Assembly: GCA_942493215.1 (NCBI GenBank)
Contig: OW818670.1
Span: 153,209 to 217,208, forward strand
Reading direction: 5' to 3'
Length of the DNA stretch: 64,000 nucleotides
Source of the DNA: an uncultured Bacillota bacterium
GTDB taxonomy: Bacteria; Bacillota_I; Bacilli_A; RF39; UBA660
How positions within the stretch are numbered: the stretch's first letter is position 1; every line of letters starts with the position of its first letter. The notes below the pieces were generated by a model. It was given only the letters and a program-made list of their open reading frames with translations. It did not search any database and was not told the origin of the DNA. Of the stretch, positions 59,305 through 64,000 are shown piece by piece. A program made the position numbers and the translations under genes.

Positions 59305-62300
59305 CTAGAATAAACTAAGTTGATTTGATTCATCCATTCCCTCTAAAATTCCCATTAAACGCATTTTATCAAGTAATGTACTGGAAATCTTAGCCCTTTT
59401 TTGTAAATCTTCAATACTCATAAATTCTTTCTTCTGTCGTTCTTCAACAATGTTTTTAGCAACTGTATCACCTAATCCATCAATAGCACGAAATGGTGGT
59501 ATCAAAGTCTTATGATCCTCATCCACTTTAAAATACATGTCATCACTTTTATTTAAATCAACATTAGCACATTTAAGACCACGAGCTGTCATTTCTAAAG
59601 CTAAACGAAGACATTCTAAAGTACCATTTTCTTTATTAGTAGCTTCATAACCTTTATTAATAATTTCTTCCATTCTAGCTTTAATAGCGCTATATCCCTT
59701 AATCATTACTTCAATATCAAAGTCGGTTGCTTTGGTTGAAAACCATGAAGCATAAAAGTATTCGGGTTTATGAACTTTATACCACGCTATTCTAAAAGCA
59801 CTCATTACATAAGCTGTCGCATGGGCTTTAGGGAACATATACTTAATTTTGCGACATGATTCAATGAACCAATCTTCAATACCCGCATCTTTCATTTCCC
59901 CTGCAAAGCCCGTCCATGTTTCAACATCTTTACTAGCTTTACCTTTACGAACAAACTCCATTATTTTAAATGCTTTAATAGGTTTCATTCCTTTTTGCAT
60001 TAAATAAACCATAATATCATCACGACAACCTATTACGTCCTTAAATGGTATTACTTTATTATCAATTAATTCTTTAGCGTTACCAAGCCAAACATCAGTA
60101 CCATGAGATAAACCAGATATCTTAATTAATTCGGCAAAACTAGTAGGTTTTGTATCCATAACTAATTGAATCGTAAATGGGGTTCCAAACTCCGGTATTC
60201 CTAACGTACCCGTTGAATTTAAAATTTGTTCACTTGTTACTCCTAATGGTTTAGGAGATAAGAATATTCCCATTGTTTCTCTATCATCAAGTGGAACTTC
60301 TGTGACAATATCACCAGATAAATCCTGAATTAAACGTAATTGAGTTGGATCAGAGTGACCTAATATATCTAGTTTTAAAACATCTTGATCAATCGCATGA
60401 TAATCAAAATGCGTAGTCCGCCAAGGTGAGGTTGGATCATCAGCTGGATATTGAAATGGGGTAAAATCATAAACATCCATATAATCAGGAATAACAACAA
60501 TACCTCCCGGATGTTGGCCCGTTGTCCGTTTAACTCCGGTACAACCAATTGCTAAACGTTCCACTTCAGCTGTGCGCATAACAATATTTTTATCTTCACA
60601 ATAGCCTTTAACAAAACCGAAGGCTGTTTTATCAGCAACTGTTCCAATTGTACCAGCCCGATATACATTATCTAATCCAAATAAAACTTTAGTATAATCA
60701 TGAGCAGATGCTTGATTTAAATCCGAAAAGTTTAAATCAATATCGGGTACTTTATCAGCATTAAAACCTAAGAAAGTCGCAAATGGCATATCATTACCAT
60801 CTTTAAACATTTTAGTGCCACATTTAGGACAATCTAAATCTGGTAAATCAAAACCTGAAGAATAGGTATTAGCTAAAGGTTCACCATCTTCTTCAAAAAT
60901 ACTATGTTTACATTTTAGACATCGATAATGCGGTGGTAAGGGATTAACTTCCGTAATACCCATCATCGTTGCGACAAAAGAAGATCCAACAGATCCACGA
61001 GAACCAACTAAATAACCATCATCATTAGATTTTTTTACTAATTTTTGAGCAATTAAATATATAACATCGAATCCCCCACCAATAATACCACCTAGGCTCT
61101 TTTTCATTTTTCCTTCAACATCATCAGTGCTTAACTCTGGTTCTTTAAGTCTAATACTTTCTCTTATTTTTTCTTTAACCGCATCAAAGCCTTGTAAAAG
61201 AACTTCGTGTAAAGATTTAAATGATTGCTCTAATAATGTTTCTCCACTTATATTCTTTCCTTCTAATTCTTCTTTAATACTGGAGTATATTCCATCACCG
61301 TATAACTCTTTAGCAATACGTTCTTCTATATTATAAGGTAATGGATTACCATACCAATCAGCAGCCTTGTTATACACTAATTCGGTTACTGTCTCAACTG
61401 ATTTATCAATTTTAGGTGAGAATGGTACACCACCTGTTTCAATTATTACTTCAATAATTTCACACATATTAGCTATCTTTTTAGTATTAGTAACAACTAT
61501 TTCAAAAGCTTTATCAGCTGGTAAAAATTCAAAAGCTTCTAGCATTTCTCTAGTAGTCCTGAAATATTGATCGGGTACCTTACCATATTTAGACAAAGGA
61601 TGTCGTCCACCCCCTGGTACTTTTTGATTGGCAATAATCTCTCGATAAATTTTATCTTCTGGACGCATATTATGAACATCACCGGTCGCAACAATTATTC
61701 TGCCGGTTTCTTCCGTAACTCTAATAATCTTTCGGATATGCTCTAAAAGTTCAGCTTGATTACTAAAATCTCCACCAACTAAATGTTCATAGCATTCCGG
61801 TGGTTGAACTTCTACATAATCATAAAATTCAATAATATTAGATAGTTCTTCATCAGATTTAGATCGTGCTTGGATAAATACTTCACTTTCATAACAACCA
61901 CTTCCGATTAATAAACCCTCGCGATAGTTATCAATTTCACTACGTAAAATTCTAGGTACTTTATATATATATTTAGTGTTCGCTAAAGAAATAACCCGGA
62001 ATAAGTTTTTAAGACCCGTTTTATTTTTGCTAAGAATATTAATGTGATAACCATTACCAAATTTATATATCTCATCTTTAGATACTAATTTGGTTAAATC
62101 ATTAATCGTTTCAAAATTACGATCTATTAATTTACTACTCATCTTATAAAATACTAAAGCGGTTGCTTCGGCATCATAATCACCACGGTGATGAGATTCT
62201 TCATCAAATGGTATATTATAACGTTTTACTAGAGCTGATAAACTATGACGATTAAAACCCGTATCTAGGGTACGTGATAACTCTAAGGTATCAATAACTG

Positions 62301-63930
62301 TATTAGTAAATGCTCCTAAATTATATTTTTTATAAGCCATTTCCAAGAATGAAACATCAAATTTAGCATTATGAGCAACCATTGGTAAATTACCAGTCCA
62401 CGCTATAAAGCGTTTAATAGCATTTTCTTCATTATCTTTATCTACTAACATATCATCAGTAATGGATGTAACTTCAACTATTTTAGCAGGTAAAAGACGA
62501 CCGGGATTAATAAGTTCATCATACTTTTCAACGATATCTCCACCCATTATTTTAACCGCACCTATTTCAATAATAGAATCTCCACCACCAGCATTAAAGC
62601 CAGTTGTTTCAAAGTCAAAAACAACATAAGTACTGCCAATTAATGGTTCATTACTAGGTCGAATTACCACATCAACTTTATCATCAATCATTAATAATTC
62701 AGTCCCATATAAAACTTTAAATGGTTCTTCGCCCTCTTTTAATTTCTTATTAATATCTTTAACCATCTCATAAGCGGCTGGAAATGATTGAATACCGTTA
62801 TGATCAGTAATTGCAATAGCAGGATGTCCCCATTTTCTAGCTTGATTAACAATATCAACATAATGTTTATCAAGTTCAACATTCGTAACACTATCCATCT
62901 GGCTCATCATCGTATGAGTATGTAGCTCTACTCTTTTTTCAGGAGCATCATCTTTAACCGATACAATCTCTTTATGGGATACATTAATATCTCGAACACT
63001 AAATGTTAATTCTTTTGCATAGGCATCATCCTTAACATTACCCCGCATTAAATACCAATTGCCTACTTTCAAACCTTTAGATATGATTTTAAACTCTTCT
63101 GCATCATTAACAAAAATTTTACCATAGATACTATCTGTACCATCCGTTAATTTTAAAGTTATAATTTTTAAAGACGTTTTTGTTTCTAATATATCTAAAC
63201 CAAAAATACGACATTCAATCGTTATATTATTAACTTGATTAATTATGGTATCAATCCGAGAAATAGGTGTATCAATGACGTTGCCCATAACGACCTCTGG
63301 GTTATCGGTTATAACAATTAATGGTTTACGAACCATCTCAAATTTTCTTGTTGATTTAGTATCACTTACTACTTCTTTTTTTTCTAATAGTCCCTTAGGT
63401 ACATCAACCACTAAACTACTCGCAATCTCTTCTTTTAATGATCCATCTAGTGCTTCATTAACAACTATTTCTAATTCTATATCTTTAAAACCTTCTTTTT
63501 TTAAGGATTCAATAATGGTACTTTTAACTTCTTCTAATTTCTTTTTTTCTGTTTTATTGCCCAATTCAATTATTAATGTATGACCATTAACACTAATATT
63601 ACGGTTTAGAAGCATCATTAAAGAAGGTAAATTACCACCAATACTTTCTAGTATATGTTTATAGTAATCCCCTAATATCTCATAATCTTCATTTATTAAA
63701 GTGATATTATAATCTACTTCATCCACATCACTAAATGCTTGTTTTAATAATTTATTAAACTCTAAACTAATAGGTAAAGCATGGTTTAAAGTTAAATAAA
63801 AAAAATATTTCTTCTTATTATTAGTTCCTACAATTTTATCTAATTTACCACCATCAAAAAAAGTATATTGATCAGTTGGCAAATTGATTTTTTTTAATAA
63901 TACTTCTAATTTGTCATTCATATACTTCAC
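59305..63930 (-). CDS. polC: DNA polymerase III alpha, PolC-type
   Basis: 1541 aa with an OB domain, a PHP domain with an inserted DnaQ-like exonuclease (FDFETTG...HNAKFD), a Zn finger (CLKCKHS...CPKCG) and polymerase core motifs. Confidence 0.95.
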   Translation of the reverse strand: MKYMNDKLEVLLKKINLPTDQYTFFDGGKLDKIVGTNNKKKYFFYLTLNHALPISLEFNKLLKQAFSDVDEVDYNITLINEDYEILGDYYKHILESIGGNLPSLMMLLNRNISVNGHTLIIELGNKTEKKKLEEVKSTIIESLKKEGFKDIELEIVVNEALDGSLKEEIASSLVVDVPKGLLEKKEVVSDTKSTRKFEMVRKPLIVITDNPEVVMGNVIDTPISRIDTIINQVNNITIECRIFGLDILETKTSLKIITLKLTDGTDSIYGKIFVNDAEEFKIISKGLKVGNWYLMRGNVKDDAYAKELTFSVRDINVSHKEIVSVKDDAPEKRVELHTHTMMSQMDSVTNVELDKHYVDIVNQARKWGHPAIAITDHNGIQSFPAAYEMVKDINKKLKEGEEPFKVLYGTELLMIDDKVDVVIRPSNEPLIGSTYVVFDFETTGFNAGGGDSIIEIGAVKIMGGDIVEKYDELINPGRLLPAKIVEVTSITDDMLVDKDNEENAIKRFIAWTGNLPMVAHNAKFDVSFLEMAYKKYNLGAFTNTVIDTLELSRTLDTGFNRHSLSALVKRYNIPFDEESHHRGDYDAEATALVFYKMSSKLIDRNFETINDLTKLVSKDEIYKFGNGYHINILSKNKTGLKNLFRVISLANTKYIYKVPRILRSEIDNYREGLLIGSGCYESEVFIQARSKSDEELSNIIEFYDYVEVQPPECYEHLVGGDFSNQAELLEHIRKIIRVTEETGRIIVATGDVHNMRPEDKIYREIIANQKVPGGGRHPLSKYGKVPDQYFRTTREMLEAFEFLPADKAFEIVVTNTKKIANMCEIIEVIIETGGVPFSPKIDKSVETVTELVYNKAADWYGNPLPYNIEERIAKELYGDGIYSSIKEELEGKNISGETLLEQSFKSLHEVLLQGFDAVKEKIRESIRLKEPELSTDDVEGKMKKSLGGIIGGGFDVIYLIAQKLVKKSNDDGYLVGSRGSVGSSFVATMMGITEVNPLPPHYRCLKCKHSIFEEDGEPLANTYSSGFDLPDLDCPKCGTKMFKDGNDMPFATFLGFNADKVPDIDLNFSDLNQASAHDYTKVLFGLDNVYRAGTIGTVADKTAFGFVKGYCEDKNIVMRTAEVERLAIGCTGVKRTTGQHPGGIVVIPDYMDVYDFTPFQYPADDPTSPWRTTHFDYHAIDQDVLKLDILGHSDPTQLRLIQDLSGDIVTEVPLDDRETMGIFLSPKPLGVTSEQILNSTGTLGIPEFGTPFTIQLVMDTKPTSFAELIKISGLSHGTDVWLGNAKELIDNKVIPFKDVIGCRDDIMVYLMQKGMKPIKAFKIMEFVRKGKASKDVETWTGFAGEMKDAGIEDWFIESCRKIKYMFPKAHATAYVMSAFRIAWYKVHKPEYFYASWFSTKATDFDIEVMIKGYSAIKARMEEIINKGYEATNKENGTLECLRLALEMTARGLKCANVDLNKSDDMYFKVDEDHKTLIPPFRAIDGLGDTVAKNIVEERQKKEFMSIEDLQKRAKISSTLLDKMRLMGILEGMDESNQLSLF

Positions 63931-64000
63931 CCATATTAATTATACCAAAAACTAAGATATTAATAAATAACAATTTTTAATTACTGCTGTTTAAAGAAAA

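Noticed and set aside
53788-63583. ORFs 53788..53979, 61127..61336, 61367..61570 and 63245..63583 on the plus strand
   Set aside because: They are antisense to the SPFH gene and polC. No SD, and spurious composition.
1-64000. CRISPR arrays, rRNA genes, IS elements and prophage genes
   Set aside because: I saw no regularly spaced short repeats, no rRNA-like conserved stretches, and no transposase, integrase or phage structural ORFs anywhere in the window.

Overview
Very AT-rich (roughly 27-29% GC) chromosomal segment from an endospore-forming Firmicute with Bacillus-like local synteny. Most genes are on the minus strand and code for housekeeping functions. Blocks present: rny'-recA-pgsA-rodZ; gpsB-rnpB (RNase P RNA); recU-ponA; nth-dnaD; cca; hup; cshA; nudix; spoIVA; a gerA-type germinant receptor operon (A, C, small D-like, B); spoVIF-like; der; engB; aspS-gatBAC behind a T-box leader; two SigK/SigE-family sigma factors; trxA; metK behind a SAM riboswitch; an arsR-arsD-arsA-arsM cluster; ddl-murF; polA; rluD-like; polC. 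Three tRNAs are present (Asn-GTT, Lys-CTT, Val-GAC), each next to lineage-specific hypothetical genes. No rRNA, CRISPR array, transposase or integrase was seen. The most unusual elements are: (i) a ~1.0 kb insertion at the 3' end of cshA bounded by 46-bp imperfect direct repeats of the cshA terminal coding sequence, carrying a strong promoter and one orphan gene; (ii) two paralogous sporulation-type sigma factors flanking an unknown 374-aa protein; (iii) a tandem three-gene (four-domain) paralog family between tRNA-Val and ddl; (iv) an ars cluster with ArsA but no pump gene, wedged between tRNA-Lys and the S-box/metK locus; (v) a MurF whose N-terminal domain is replaced by a polytopic membrane domain. 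Product calls rest on recalled family motifs and synteny read by eye, because no searches could be run.
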